The notes beneath the pieces were generated by a model. That model worked only from the letters and a program-made list of their open reading frames with translations, had not been told where the DNA came from and ran no database searches. Shown one piece after another: positions 28,235 through 38,885 of a stretch of 64,000 nucleotides of DNA. How positions within the stretch are numbered: position 1 is the first letter of the stretch; each line of letters begins with the position of its first letter. This DNA is from an uncultured Bacillales bacterium (GTDB lineage: Bacteria; Bacillota_I; Bacilli_A; RFN20; CAG-826). Made by a program: the position numbers and the translations under genes. The stretch is from positions 11 to 64,010 of the forward strand of contig CALBHT010000086.1 of assembly GCA_937892755.1 (NCBI GenBank). Direction: 5' to 3'.

Positions 28235-30312
28235 TAGTCTTCCGCTCCTTTCAATGATGGGTTAAACGCATCACGTAACCCGTTCCCGAAGAGGTTGAAC
28301 GAAATCATGATAAGAGCCATGATGATCGAAGCGAGAACAATTAAATAGGAATAGTTGCCGATATCAGCCTGGGCGTTAGACAAAGTAATTCCGAAGCTTT
28401 GAGAGCCGGTGAACGCAAGCGCGTTCGGGAGCAAGTAAGAAATATTCGCCTCGGTGAAGATGACACTTGGGATCATTAAGACGGATCCTGTCACAATGGT
28501 GCCAATACCATTTGGTAAAATGTGACGGAAAATCAACCGCGCGTCACTTGCGCCAAGCGTGCGGGATGCGAGAACGTATTCTCTTCCTTTATAACGATAG
28601 AATTGGCTTCGTGTGGATCCAGCAACGCCCATCCATCCCGTCAAGCAAAGCGCTAGAAGGAAGGTCCAGAAATTTGATCCGAGAAGAAGAATGATGAGTG
28701 TCATCATGACAATCCAAGGCATGCCGCCAAGAATCTCGGTGAAGCGTTCCATGACCATGTCGACCCAACCGCCGAAATAGCCGCTGATGGAACCCCAGAC
28801 AACGCCGATAGCAATATTAATAACCGCGCTCAAAAAGCCTAAACCAAGGGAAGTCAATAGACCGCTGAAAACCTCTTTGAAGAAGTCATGCCCAAATTTA
28901 TTGGTTCCAAAAATGTATTTTTGTGGCTGGCAGCTTCCGATGTAACCCATTTGGTAGTCATAGCGATATAGCGAACGCTTGCAGTAAAGCTCTTTCACTT
29001 CGACCGGTTTTCCAATCACGGCGCTTGTTTTGGTGTGATTTTGGTAAATCACTTCACGAATCGGGCAATACTGTTCGCCAAGCTCGGTAAGAACGAACTT
29101 GCCAGGCGTTTTGTGCGTGCCCATTTCGCTCGTCCACACGTAAGTCATATATCCTTTATTAATATAAGAATTGATGGTTTCCTCGGCGAACATGAATTCA
29201 TCGATGCCAAAAGCGGCTTCATAATAATCGTATTGGAACGAGCCATAATATACTTTTGCGTGATAAATCCCAACGCTGCTTGTAGAACTATAAGCGCTCC
29301 AGTAAAGTGCTTTTCCCGTTTTCGAATCCACGGTTTTCTGATTGAAATTGCCAACAAAGGAAGTTGCGTCAGAAAATAGGCCATTCGAAATATCCGTCAT
29401 CTCATCGTTCTTCGTTCCGCTGATAGAAGTCAAATAAACATTCTTCTCAACATGGGCTTCGTCGCCACGTAGCCCGACAACCAAAGACGGTTCGACACTT
29501 TCCGGTTTCCCTGATGCCACATATGCATCGTTATTTTTGAGATAAGAAGTGACATCATGGATCGTGATGGCATAATTGTCTTCGCTTAAAATGACATCGC
29601 CGCCAAGAGGGATAAAGGTCACAACGCCCGTTTCGAATTCACACTGAAGGCCAAAGAAGAGTGCTGGATTCACCCCTTTGTTTTCTTCATTCATCGAAGC
29701 GTAGTCGAATGTAAAAGTGAATGAAACATCATCGGAAACGACGATATCCATCGGTTGTGAATAAATACCCGCATCTTTGTATGGGTTTTCAGCGTCGTTA
29801 CGGTCCTTCACATAAGATAAGGCAACATTGCCACCTTCTCCGTATTCAGCAACAAGTGCGCTATAACTATTCGCGTAGGATTCGGTGACTTCGATTTCGC
29901 CGATAACGCCATTTTGTTTATAATTGCCATCCGCCGGTAGTTTCTTAGTCGCTGGGTCAAGAATTGCTTTATCCACATGACCAGTCCCATCAAGGAAATG
30001 CGCATCATTCACGTCATTCCATTTTGGGGGGAGATAGGCAAGGGTGTCGATATTCGTCTCAATATCATTGTGATTAGCAAGAGGGACGATGATTGCCATC
30101 GCGATAAGAACAAACAAAATACCACTCGCGACAACGCTACTTTTATTTTTCACGAAACGCTTCATCGCGTCCTTGAAAAAAGTAGTCGGCTTAGAATCAA
30201 ATTTCTTATCAAAAATTTTGTCGTCTTTTTGGGCGAATTCGAAATCAGGAACGTTCGCAAAAGGAAGTTCTTGTTTCGTTTCGACGGTTTGTTTTTCCAT
30301 CTTCTTCCTCAT
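28234..30312 (-). CDS. oppC: Oligopeptide ABC permease OppC with a ~350-aa extracytoplasmic insertion.
   Basis: N-terminal TM anchor, a large soluble loop, then DppC-like TM core GASDARLIFRHILPN...IMISFNLFGNGLRDAFNP. Confidence 0.8.
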   Translation of the reverse strand: MRKKMEKQTVETKQELPFANVPDFEFAQKDDKIFDKKFDSKPTTFFKDAMKRFVKNKSSVVASGILFVLIAMAIIVPLANHNDIETNIDTLAYLPPKWNDVNDAHFLDGTGHVDKAILDPATKKLPADGNYKQNGVIGEIEVTESYANSYSALVAEYGEGGNVALSYVKDRNDAENPYKDAGIYSQPMDIVVSDDVSFTFTFDYASMNEENKGVNPALFFGLQCEFETGVVTFIPLGGDVILSEDNYAITIHDVTSYLKNNDAYVASGKPESVEPSLVVGLRGDEAHVEKNVYLTSISGTKNDEMTDISNGLFSDATSFVGNFNQKTVDSKTGKALYWSAYSSTSSVGIYHAKVYYGSFQYDYYEAAFGIDEFMFAEETINSYINKGYMTYVWTSEMGTHKTPGKFVLTELGEQYCPIREVIYQNHTKTSAVIGKPVEVKELYCKRSLYRYDYQMGYIGSCQPQKYIFGTNKFGHDFFKEVFSGLLTSLGLGFLSAVINIAIGVVWGSISGYFGGWVDMVMERFTEILGGMPWIVMMTLIILLLGSNFWTFLLALCLTGWMGVAGSTRSQFYRYKGREYVLASRTLGASDARLIFRHILPNGIGTIVTGSVLMIPSVIFTEANISYLLPNALAFTGSQSFGITLSNAQADIGNYSYLIVLASIIMALIMISFNLFGNGLRDAFNPSLKGAED

Positions 30313-31373
30313 TTTTTTGCTCCCATGCGAATACGCGGATCAACGATGCCATAGCTCAAATCCACAATCAAAGTGGCGAATAAGCCAATCAAGGTGTAGA
30401 TGGCGCTATCAACCATGACGACAGAATAGTCTTTGTCATTTAGTGCTTCGACGAACAAGCTGCCAACGCCTGGAATACCATAGAGTTGTTCAAGAACCAT
30501 GGAGCCAGACAAAATGCCAATAAACTGCCCAATGATCATTGGGACAATCGGAACCATGGAATTGCGTAAAGCGTGACGAATGACGCTTTGTCCTTTTGTT
30601 AACCCTTTGGTGCGAGCAAGAAGAAGGAATTCGCTTGACATCACTTCTGTAAGCTCCGCGCGGGTGTAGCGAGCAAAGGCAGCAACTGAGCCAAAGCAAA
30701 GCGCGGCAACCGGGATAATATAAGCTTTAAAAGCCAGCAAATGATCAGCATTTGCTTGCGCGTCACTCGGCCAACGATTGGGGAGCCATCCCGTGGAATA
30801 GCTAAGCCAAATAAGAAGGAAGGAAATCAAGACGAAACTCGGAACGGAAATGAAAACCATGATCACGGTTGAAATGATGGAATCGGTCAAATTGTTCTTG
30901 TTCAAAGCCGCAATGACCCCTAAACCAATACCGAGTGGGATAGAAATAATCATTGAAATGATATTCAAGCGCATCGAATATGGAAGACGGCTCATCAAGA
31001 TGGTGATAACGCTTTGACCGACGGAAATCTTGCTGGATGTGCCCCAGTCCCATTTCGTCACAATATTCCCAAGCCACATCACATAGCGGTGCATAATCGG
31101 GTAAGGGGCATAATAAACCGTGGTCTGTCCCAAAGAGACTTGCGCCGCGAAATCGCCGCTTTGAATGCGGCTGAGATCTTTCACTGGGTCAAGTTCGTAA
31201 TAATACCCGAGTTTGACTTGCTCATTCCAAAACGCCCAAGCTTCCGCCGGCTTGTTTCCGACTGTTGTAACAGGCAAACATTGGAGAAGGATGTAAGTGA
31301 CGGAGAGAATGATGAACGCCGTCAAGAAGATGAACAGAATTCGTTCGAGTACGTATTTTAATGTTTCTTTCAT
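30309..31373 (-). CDS. oppB: Oligopeptide ABC permease OppB.
   Basis: DppB/OppB-like. C-terminal VDLSYGIVDPRIR. Confidence 0.85.
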   Translation of the reverse strand: MKETLKYVLERILFIFLTAFIILSVTYILLQCLPVTTVGNKPAEAWAFWNEQVKLGYYYELDPVKDLSRIQSGDFAAQVSLGQTTVYYAPYPIMHRYVMWLGNIVTKWDWGTSSKISVGQSVITILMSRLPYSMRLNIISMIISIPLGIGLGVIAALNKNNLTDSIISTVIMVFISVPSFVLISFLLIWLSYSTGWLPNRWPSDAQANADHLLAFKAYIIPVAALCFGSVAAFARYTRAELTEVMSSEFLLLARTKGLTKGQSVIRHALRNSMVPIVPMIIGQFIGILSGSMVLEQLYGIPGVGSLFVEALNDKDYSVVMVDSAIYTLIGLFATLIVDLSYGIVDPRIRMGAKK

Positions 31374-31481
31374 AGTGGTTAACGAAAGAATTTTACTCGC
31401 TTTATCTAAAAAGATAAACGCTTAGTTTTCATTGAAAGGAAAAAGCCCCGCGAATAAGCGGAGCTTTCTACGTTTTTTCTT

Positions 31482-34067
31482 TTATGGATGGACGGGTTCC
31501 ATGCCGATATCGGAGAGGTTCGCGTAACTAAATATTGATTTGTATTTTGTTACCGTTTCGCCGTTTACATCCTTATAGGAATATTCCAAATTGCATTGGA
31601 CGTAATAGATATTTTGCGTCGCTTTTGCGTCTTTGGCGTTTTTCTTAGCTTGCTTTGTGATGTCGCTCTTCTTCACCTTGATGCGGATTTCGCCATTGGC
31701 GGTAACTGTCTCTGCATTGGCGCTATAAATGTAAGTCAAAGCGCTGACACTTTCGGCAGTAGTAATGGCAACGCCGCTTGTCTTAAACGAGAAGATGTAT
31801 TCACCGTTATCGTCTGTCATGTCCGGATAGACAGCAGTCAAGTCAACCGTCTCCCCATCCTCGCCTTCAACGATTTGGACATTGCCAGCAATTGGAGTGA
31901 CAAGTCCTTCATTTACGACAGTAGAAGCGTTTGCGGCGCTCCAAAGTGCGTCATAGCTCCAAGCCTCTTCTTTTTTGTCTTTGGAAAGTGGATTTGCGTA
32001 AATGATCGGGTCTTCTTCGTTTAGATTTGCGGTGATATCGCCCCAGTTAAGGCAGAAGCCTTGGGCCAAATCATCGGTCGCGCATGTACTCATGAATTCG
32101 AGAGGATTGAGGACGTTACCAGAGATGGCGCCTTCCGCGAAATCGAATTCGCCGTGGTCCATCAAGGTGTAAGTATCGGTGTACTGAGTTCCACCGATTT
32201 TGAGTTCGATGGTAAGCTCGATATCGTAATCTTTCGCAACCTCATTAAAGTCATCTTCAATGTATTTCTTGACCCATTTTCCGATGTTGTCGATGGTATC
32301 TTGATAACGATAGATACCGGTCAATTTAATCTTTTGGCCACGTTTCATTTTGCCAGAAGCGAGCATGTCTTCGATGCAACGTTTGAAAAGGCTTTGCGCC
32401 GTCGCGGAACTGAAACCGTATTCGTTGCCACCGGCACTTTCGATATAAGGAGCAACAACGGCTTTTCCTTGTTCGGTGTCTCTCCAGAACTCTTTGGCGT
32501 CTGGGTCTTGCGTATAAGCGTTGGACAAATAGCCAAGAGCGGCAGTACGGCCGGCGATTTTGGCAAGTTCCCCACGATTGATGGCGAAATAGCATCCAGT
32601 CAAGAAGTCGTCATTGCTCATGATTGGTTTGACGGCCCAGTATTTATCGGCGGTATGCTTGAACACTTTTCCGTTTTCGCCGAAGTAGTATTCCCACTCC
32701 TCTTTCGTGCAGGAATTGATGTTGAGCTTAATAACGGTCGATCCTTTCGTCTTCAAAACGGTGCCGTCACTTCCGTGATTTTTGAGTTCCCCTGTCGGAA
32801 TCGTGACTTCGTCTAGTTCGTTATTCAAGAACGCTTGATAAGCGTCTTTATCGGCGTTCGAGCCGCTATAAACACGCTCCGTCAAACCAGCGAAATGGTA
32901 TTTGCTGCTATTGTAATACAAGTCGTTTTTCTTGAAGGCCATGATTTGGTTGTCTTCCCACCATGTTGGGACATATGGACCACAAGAAATGACATTATCG
33001 AGAGTTTTGGATGGATCAGCAGGATTGGAAACGCGTTTTCCATAGTTGTCCGCTCCGCCAATATCCGAGATAAAAGAGGCTGGAACTGGGGAATAAAGCC
33101 CACTGGAAAGAGAAGTGCGGGCATAGTTCATCGTCTTTGGGGTGATGAATTCAAAGTCGAGGGAGCCAGCCGCTTCATTGACTTGAATGCCGACTTTGCT
33201 CCAGTCTTTGGAACCATACATGTATTCCATAACGCCTTCGAAGCCGCTGGAATCCTGCCCTAACTCAGAAGCGCGAACGAAGCGGTTATCGAGCATCACT
33301 TTGAACGGAGTGAGATAGTCTTCAAGTTCCACCCCTTTATCATTGTATTTTTGGTAGAGTTTGCTCGTTTCTGGGACGGCGTATTTGACGCCATCTTTCC
33401 CGGTTTTAAGCGTAACGCGCCAATATTTGGACGATTTCCCCTCACTATTAGCAACGACATTTCCGTTTTTGTCGAGCATGATTGGCTCATCGGTTTTGGA
33501 TAAGCCGGCGACCCACTTATAGTCGGTCTTGGCGTCATTCATATCAACTTCGAAATAGCCGCTGGTGATCATGCTGTTTCGATCAGCGACATCCGCACCC
33601 GTGCTATTCCAATAATTGAATGTGCCGGAATCAATGGAAGTATAGGAATGGAAATAGTCCTTCCATTCTTCTTTTGGCTCATTAATTTCGCCGTCGTACA
33701 TCATGCGGCTTCCCTTGAAATCGGCCATGCCGGTTCCAAAACCGAAGTTCGTGATGTAAGTGTGAGTTGGAAGATTGTTGAAGACGCGCTGTGAGAACTG
33801 CTCACTGCTGGAATCGTCGTAAAGAGGGATGCCAGCAAGATGGTTTTTCAGCGCATAGGATTCCAATTTTCCAAGGATGTCGAGACGATCTTGATAATCC
33901 AAGGTTGTGAAATCGTAAACGCCAGAAGCTCTTGCCCCTTCGTATTTTTTGATCTCCGAACTGCCTGTGCTGCCGCCGGATTCGGAAGTGTCACCACCAC
34001 CGCCGCAACTAGCAAGCATCATCGCAGCCAAGAACAAAGGAATACCAACTTTCATGAATTTTTTCAT
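31482..34067 (-). CDS. oppA: Oligopeptide-binding lipoprotein OppA (family 5 SBP).
   Basis: Lipobox MLASCGG. Core CGPYVPTWWEDNQIMAFKKNDLYY. First gene of the opp operon. Confidence 0.75.
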   Translation of the reverse strand: MKKFMKVGIPLFLAAMMLASCGGGGDTSESGGSTGSSEIKKYEGARASGVYDFTTLDYQDRLDILGKLESYALKNHLAGIPLYDDSSSEQFSQRVFNNLPTHTYITNFGFGTGMADFKGSRMMYDGEINEPKEEWKDYFHSYTSIDSGTFNYWNSTGADVADRNSMITSGYFEVDMNDAKTDYKWVAGLSKTDEPIMLDKNGNVVANSEGKSSKYWRVTLKTGKDGVKYAVPETSKLYQKYNDKGVELEDYLTPFKVMLDNRFVRASELGQDSSGFEGVMEYMYGSKDWSKVGIQVNEAAGSLDFEFITPKTMNYARTSLSSGLYSPVPASFISDIGGADNYGKRVSNPADPSKTLDNVISCGPYVPTWWEDNQIMAFKKNDLYYNSSKYHFAGLTERVYSGSNADKDAYQAFLNNELDEVTIPTGELKNHGSDGTVLKTKGSTVIKLNINSCTKEEWEYYFGENGKVFKHTADKYWAVKPIMSNDDFLTGCYFAINRGELAKIAGRTAALGYLSNAYTQDPDAKEFWRDTEQGKAVVAPYIESAGGNEYGFSSATAQSLFKRCIEDMLASGKMKRGQKIKLTGIYRYQDTIDNIGKWVKKYIEDDFNEVAKDYDIELTIELKIGGTQYTDTYTLMDHGEFDFAEGAISGNVLNPLEFMSTCATDDLAQGFCLNWGDITANLNEEDPIIYANPLSKDKKEEAWSYDALWSAANASTVVNEGLVTPIAGNVQIVEGEDGETVDLTAVYPDMTDDNGEYIFSFKTSGVAITTAESVSALTYIYSANAETVTANGEIRIKVKKSDITKQAKKNAKDAKATQNIYYVQCNLEYSYKDVNGETVTKYKSIFSYANLSDIGMEPVHP

Positions 34068-34209
34068 AAAACTCCTTTCATTAACTTTCTTGTCTATAAT
34101 TTAGTCATATGCGCCTTACCCATGGGCGCAATGTATAAAGGAAACCAAAGATTGGCGAAATTTCAATCATTATTTTCAAAATTCACTAAGAATTATCGCT
34201 TGATGTAAG

Positions 34210-34623
34210 TTACGAATGGCTTGCAACAGTCACTTCGATAATCACAAGTAGCACAATCGCCGCTACAAGAAAAATAGAGCTAATAATTAAATAAGGCCAA
34301 TAATAAGGACCGCTTCTCCTCCGCTTCTCCTCTTTTTCGATTTTGTACTCGTAAGCAGTATCCCATCTCTTTATACCATCTGGACGAAAAGACTCAAAAA
34401 ATCGATAGAATTGGAAGTTAAACACATCAAATGCTCCGCTTCTTTCTATCCAAACGAAAAGAAGGATTGCAATATCGATTGAAGCAGCGCAAAACAAAGC
34501 GTCGCAAACACCGGTTATTGTATAAATTTTCCGTAAGAAAAAGACGAGGCAGAAAACAAGAACGGCCACACCGACGGCGACAAGCCAGCCAACGATTCTC
34601 CTTTTTTTCCACGCGTCCATCAT
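34210..34623 (-). CDS. Small membrane protein with 3 TM helices. Hypothetical.
   Basis: Hydrophobic segments VGWLVAVGVAVLVFCLVFFL and ISSIFLVAAIVLLVIIEV. Confidence 0.45.
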   Translation of the reverse strand: MMDAWKKRRIVGWLVAVGVAVLVFCLVFFLRKIYTITGVCDALFCAASIDIAILLFVWIERSGAFDVFNFQFYRFFESFRPDGIKRWDTAYEYKIEKEEKRRRSGPYYWPYLIISSIFLVAAIVLLVIIEVTVASHS

Positions 34624-34824
34624 TGCAGTAGTCTAAAGCAAAATCATGAGAAAGAAAAACACGAATCGCATTTTTCCTCATCGGCGAAAACAAGTAGTGG
34701 ATTCCTTAAATTATCCTTGACATTGTTTTTTATCCTTGTAGTCTTCTCAACGTGAACTCGCCTATGCGCACATACGCATTAAGTGTGTTATTAAGTAATT
34801 CGATTACCATGAAAGGAGACATGT

Positions 34825-36936
34825 ATGACGAATGCAAAAAGCAAAAAGACAATTGCCCTATTCGCTCTTGCCGCGACTGGTTTATTAAGCTTGGCCTCAT
34901 GCGGCCCTAGTGGGGAAACGTCGGCCCCTTCTTCGGAAGGCGGTTCCCTTTCGCCTATTTCAAGTAGAGACCATACAAACGACGACACCTATTTAGAGGT
35001 CACCTTGAAGAATACGGATATTCCAGAAGGCGGAACGTTCTTCGATAGTGCAAAACCGACTGTCACATATGTGAATAACAAAACGGGGAAACGTCAAGAC
35101 GCCACCAACTGGCAGTTCCGCACTTCTTATTCGATTGTTGACCGAAACGACAGCAGCAAAACTTATAAAGCAGGTGATGCCTTGCCCGCTGGCTTATATC
35201 GAGCGACGATCTCAAACGAAGAAGATTTGATCGAGACTCAAATCGATTTCTCCGTCAGTCAAAAGGAAGTCGCCGTCGCTAGTGAGGGAAATGGTTATAA
35301 GACCGTCTCCGCCTCCAGTATGGCGAAATATGCCGTTAATAAGCATAAGGAACTTGGCGCACTCAAAGCGGGAAAATTCCCATCCTTAGGCACCCCAAAG
35401 ATCCTTGTGGTCCCCGTCGAATTTGCAAAAGACAAAAACGGGAACGCCTCTTCTGGAGCGTTATTCGAAAACCGCGATGATGTCTTAAGAACGCTAGACG
35501 AGGCTTTCTTCGGGAGCACGAAGCATAGTAAATACCAATCCGTTTCAAAATGGGAATCCCTCAGCTCCTATTATTACAAGAGCAGCTATGGGAAACTCGA
35601 TATCGGAGGAGAAGTCACGCCCGTGTACACCTACACAGGTGCTTCTACGAAAGACTTCGAGCGGAACAATTTGGATAAGCTCATTAACGATATCGTCAAT
35701 TGGCTGAAAACATCGCAAAACTACGATATGAAGGATTACGATTACGACAAAGATGGCTATATTGATGGAATCGAAGTCGTATACATGACCGATCAAATCA
35801 CCCCAGGGGCGAGCGGTGTCAATACGGGCAATGACCTTTGGTGGAATTTCTGCACTGTTCTCAATAGTCAAGCTCCGCAGATGGGCAATCCAGATAACCC
35901 AGTTCCACAACGCTATTTCTGGAGCCGCTGGGATTACGTAAAGAACAATTATTACGCCAAGAACAATGATGGACAGCCCTGCGCAGACGCACACACCATC
36001 GTTCATGAAACCGGCCACATGATGGGTTTGAACGATTATTATTCCTACGACAAAACCGATAGCGGCGCTCAGCTTGGTGGCCCAGCCGGCGGCGTGGATA
36101 TGATGGATATGAACGTCGGTGATCATAACGCCTATAGCAAAATGGCTTATAACTGGGTCGATGCAAAAGTCATCGACGGAAGCTCGAGCAACTTCAAGAT
36201 CACGCTCAATAGTTACACCGACACCGGCGACTTCCTCGTCCTAAGAAACACAAGCGAAGACAAATGGAACGAGACGCCATGGGATGAATATCTGCTTCTT
36301 GAATACTACACCCCCACTGGCGTGAACGAAGCCGATAGCCAAGGTTACCCCGAATGGCAAGTTGCTTCTTCCACAGGTTCTAACGCCTATGGCCATGGCG
36401 GCACTTACGAGCATCCAGGCTTACAAGTATTCCACGTCGATTCGCGCTTAGCTTCGACGAAAGGCAAATGGGATAGTGCCAACAAAAAGCCAGTATCGAA
36501 CACTTCTAAGTTCGGATATACGGACAATCTCTATGATGAGCAAACTATCAATGAGGAAAATGGCACTTACGAAAGCGCCTTCACCTCTCCGCATAGCAAC
36601 ACCCCTTCACGAAGCGTTGATGTCGATAACAACAAGAGCGAAAACGGCGCTTATCGTGAACTCCATGCCATCTTCTCAAGTGGCGTGAATGGCCTGGACG
36701 GAACAGGCTATTATAGTAGCTTCGGCAACACCAAAAACCTCTTTGGGAAAAGTGACTACAAATACAAAGGCAGTGAAGATAATCTCTATGGTGGAAGTAA
36801 TTACAGCAACTACAGAATGCGCGATTTCTTCCCGAACGATTTGCTCTTCGATGATAAAACAAGTTTGAATTGGACGTTCAATGTCGTCGAGCAAACCGAT
36901 AGTTCCATCACACTGCACTTTATTGAGAATAAATAA
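34825..36936 (+). CDS. Surface zinc-metalloprotease lipoprotein, M6/InhA-like, third paralog.
   Basis: SD AAAGGAG. Lipobox LLSLASCGP. TIVHETGHMMGLNDYYSYDK (HExxHxxGxxD). KILVVPVEFAKD. Confidence 0.75.
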   Translation: MTNAKSKKTIALFALAATGLLSLASCGPSGETSAPSSEGGSLSPISSRDHTNDDTYLEVTLKNTDIPEGGTFFDSAKPTVTYVNNKTGKRQDATNWQFRTSYSIVDRNDSSKTYKAGDALPAGLYRATISNEEDLIETQIDFSVSQKEVAVASEGNGYKTVSASSMAKYAVNKHKELGALKAGKFPSLGTPKILVVPVEFAKDKNGNASSGALFENRDDVLRTLDEAFFGSTKHSKYQSVSKWESLSSYYYKSSYGKLDIGGEVTPVYTYTGASTKDFERNNLDKLINDIVNWLKTSQNYDMKDYDYDKDGYIDGIEVVYMTDQITPGASGVNTGNDLWWNFCTVLNSQAPQMGNPDNPVPQRYFWSRWDYVKNNYYAKNNDGQPCADAHTIVHETGHMMGLNDYYSYDKTDSGAQLGGPAGGVDMMDMNVGDHNAYSKMAYNWVDAKVIDGSSSNFKITLNSYTDTGDFLVLRNTSEDKWNETPWDEYLLLEYYTPTGVNEADSQGYPEWQVASSTGSNAYGHGGTYEHPGLQVFHVDSRLASTKGKWDSANKKPVSNTSKFGYTDNLYDEQTINEENGTYESAFTSPHSNTPSRSVDVDNNKSENGAYRELHAIFSSGVNGLDGTGYYSSFGNTKNLFGKSDYKYKGSEDNLYGGSNYSNYRMRDFFPNDLLFDDKTSLNWTFNVVEQTDSSITLHFIENK

Positions 36937-36964
36937 GATTATATAGGAAAGGAAAATACATATT

Positions 36965-38782
36965 ATGAAAAGAAAATTATTAGCATTATCGCTCTTAGCC
37001 ATCACCGGAACACTCACTCTCGTTTCATGCGGTGGCGAATCGAGCAGTAGCGAGTCTAGCAGCATCGCTTCCGTCGCTGGAAGAATCGTGCTCGACACAA
37101 AAGTCCCTGCCGAAATTGAAGTCAACAAGACGCTCAATCTCGAGGATTATGTCACGGTTACCAAAGTCGATACATGGTCGCTTGAAAGCGAGAACGATAA
37201 TATCTCCATCGACGGTCATATCATTAAAGGAATCGACTATGGCGACTTCACGGTCATGATCATCGCTGGAACGACAAAAAAAGCCTATAAAGGCACTGTC
37301 GTGAGTAAGGCGAAGATGGCATTCAACGAGAAAGTCACCGCATTGGATAGCAATTATACTGCCTATACCCTTGCCGTAGGAACCAATACTTCCACAACCT
37401 ATGATACGTCCCTAGGTATCAATTTCCACAACGAAAAGTATTTCGCTACTCAAACCAAAAATAATTACACTCCCACGAAATCTTGGACTGGCTATGTGGA
37501 AGCGCCAAACGATGTCACTTACTCGATGAGTTTTAGCGCGAATGCCGAAGACGGAAAAAACCCCACCGATTTGGTTGTCGACCCAGGCATGCAAAGAAGC
37601 CTCGACAATTATTATTTAGGCAACCCCATCTCGTTTAAATCCACCGATTTCACGGAAATCTTAGACAAAGATGGCTCGCCAACAGGTGTTTATGCCCTCA
37701 CCAACCGCAACACGAATGATTACGGGAATACCTTAGTCGGAGATTTCGGGCATTTCTCCGCTGGCTTGTCCTTAGATAGCTATGTGGAAAGCTACCAAGC
37801 GACTTTCTGGGCCGAGCTAGGCGAGAATGAAGACGGAACATTAACTGGCGACATTATCTTCCACCTTGTGGGAACGAGCGCAGGACAGACAGGGTTACTT
37901 GGAATAGCCATCGATATTTACGATGTCGGAACCACCAAAATCGATGTGGTCGAGAATTGGCTTGCATCCCCTTCTTACCCGGCTCCATACGACGTTTCCT
38001 CACTTACGACCGTTTTTGACAAAATGAATTCCACAAAGAATTACACTGTAGAAAGCAGCGGCTACTGGCTGAACGCAAACACTGGCGAAAAAGCAAGCGT
38101 TGCCCAAGCGACCGCGGCGACAAGTAGCGCGAATGGCTTATTCTTCACTTACGATGTGACCACTTACGTAACCGAAAATGATTATTATTCTAGAATCGAA
38201 GCCGTTTCCGATGCCGAGGCTTATGGAGCGGGCGCTTTCACCTCTGGGCAAGTCAACGCTGCCGTCGTGAGAGATAACACCTTCTATTTGGTTGATGGAA
38301 CCTACGCAAATGGCACCACCACTTGGGGCACCCCAACTGCTTCTAGCGAAATCGTTGCGAAAGAAGGCGAGACCATCAGCATTTGGAATAGCACCTTCTC
38401 TAGCTCTTACTTCACCGCAGAGAATCTAGCAAAAGCCAACTGGAACAGCAAAGCCGATGCCGAAGATGGCACATCTGCTTTCTATTTCGACGAAATGGGT
38501 GAGGACGAAGGCGCTCTCATCACTTCTAGTATGCTACAGATCGGGAATTTCATCGGTGCCACCATTTTCTCGAATTTCACCGCCAATTACGCGCAGTATC
38601 AATATAACTATTGGGCGACGAATGCCGATGGTTCCCTCACTTTGGCATCCTTCATTCCATGGGGAAATGTCGGAGAATACACCTTCTATTATTTCATGGA
38701 GAGCACGTTTAAAAACATTGGCTCGACATCGATTCCAGCAGAAGCGAACCTCAGTGGAATCAATATTCCTACAAACGCATAA
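36965..38782 (+). CDS. Hypothetical surface lipoprotein.
   Basis: Signal MKRKLLALSLLAITGTLTLVSCGG followed by a Ser-rich linker. Confidence 0.65.
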   Translation: MKRKLLALSLLAITGTLTLVSCGGESSSSESSSIASVAGRIVLDTKVPAEIEVNKTLNLEDYVTVTKVDTWSLESENDNISIDGHIIKGIDYGDFTVMIIAGTTKKAYKGTVVSKAKMAFNEKVTALDSNYTAYTLAVGTNTSTTYDTSLGINFHNEKYFATQTKNNYTPTKSWTGYVEAPNDVTYSMSFSANAEDGKNPTDLVVDPGMQRSLDNYYLGNPISFKSTDFTEILDKDGSPTGVYALTNRNTNDYGNTLVGDFGHFSAGLSLDSYVESYQATFWAELGENEDGTLTGDIIFHLVGTSAGQTGLLGIAIDIYDVGTTKIDVVENWLASPSYPAPYDVSSLTTVFDKMNSTKNYTVESSGYWLNANTGEKASVAQATAATSSANGLFFTYDVTTYVTENDYYSRIEAVSDAEAYGAGAFTSGQVNAAVVRDNTFYLVDGTYANGTTTWGTPTASSEIVAKEGETISIWNSTFSSSYFTAENLAKANWNSKADAEDGTSAFYFDEMGEDEGALITSSMLQIGNFIGATIFSNFTANYAQYQYNYWATNADGSLTLASFIPWGNVGEYTFYYFMESTFKNIGSTSIPAEANLSGINIPTNA

Positions 38783-38885
38783 TCTCTTTTCGCTTCCTCA
38801 AAAGCTCGCCATTCATCCTGACGGGCTTTTTTATTTCAGTTACCAATTTCCTTAAATAATGATTGAAAGAAAATAAATCCATTGC

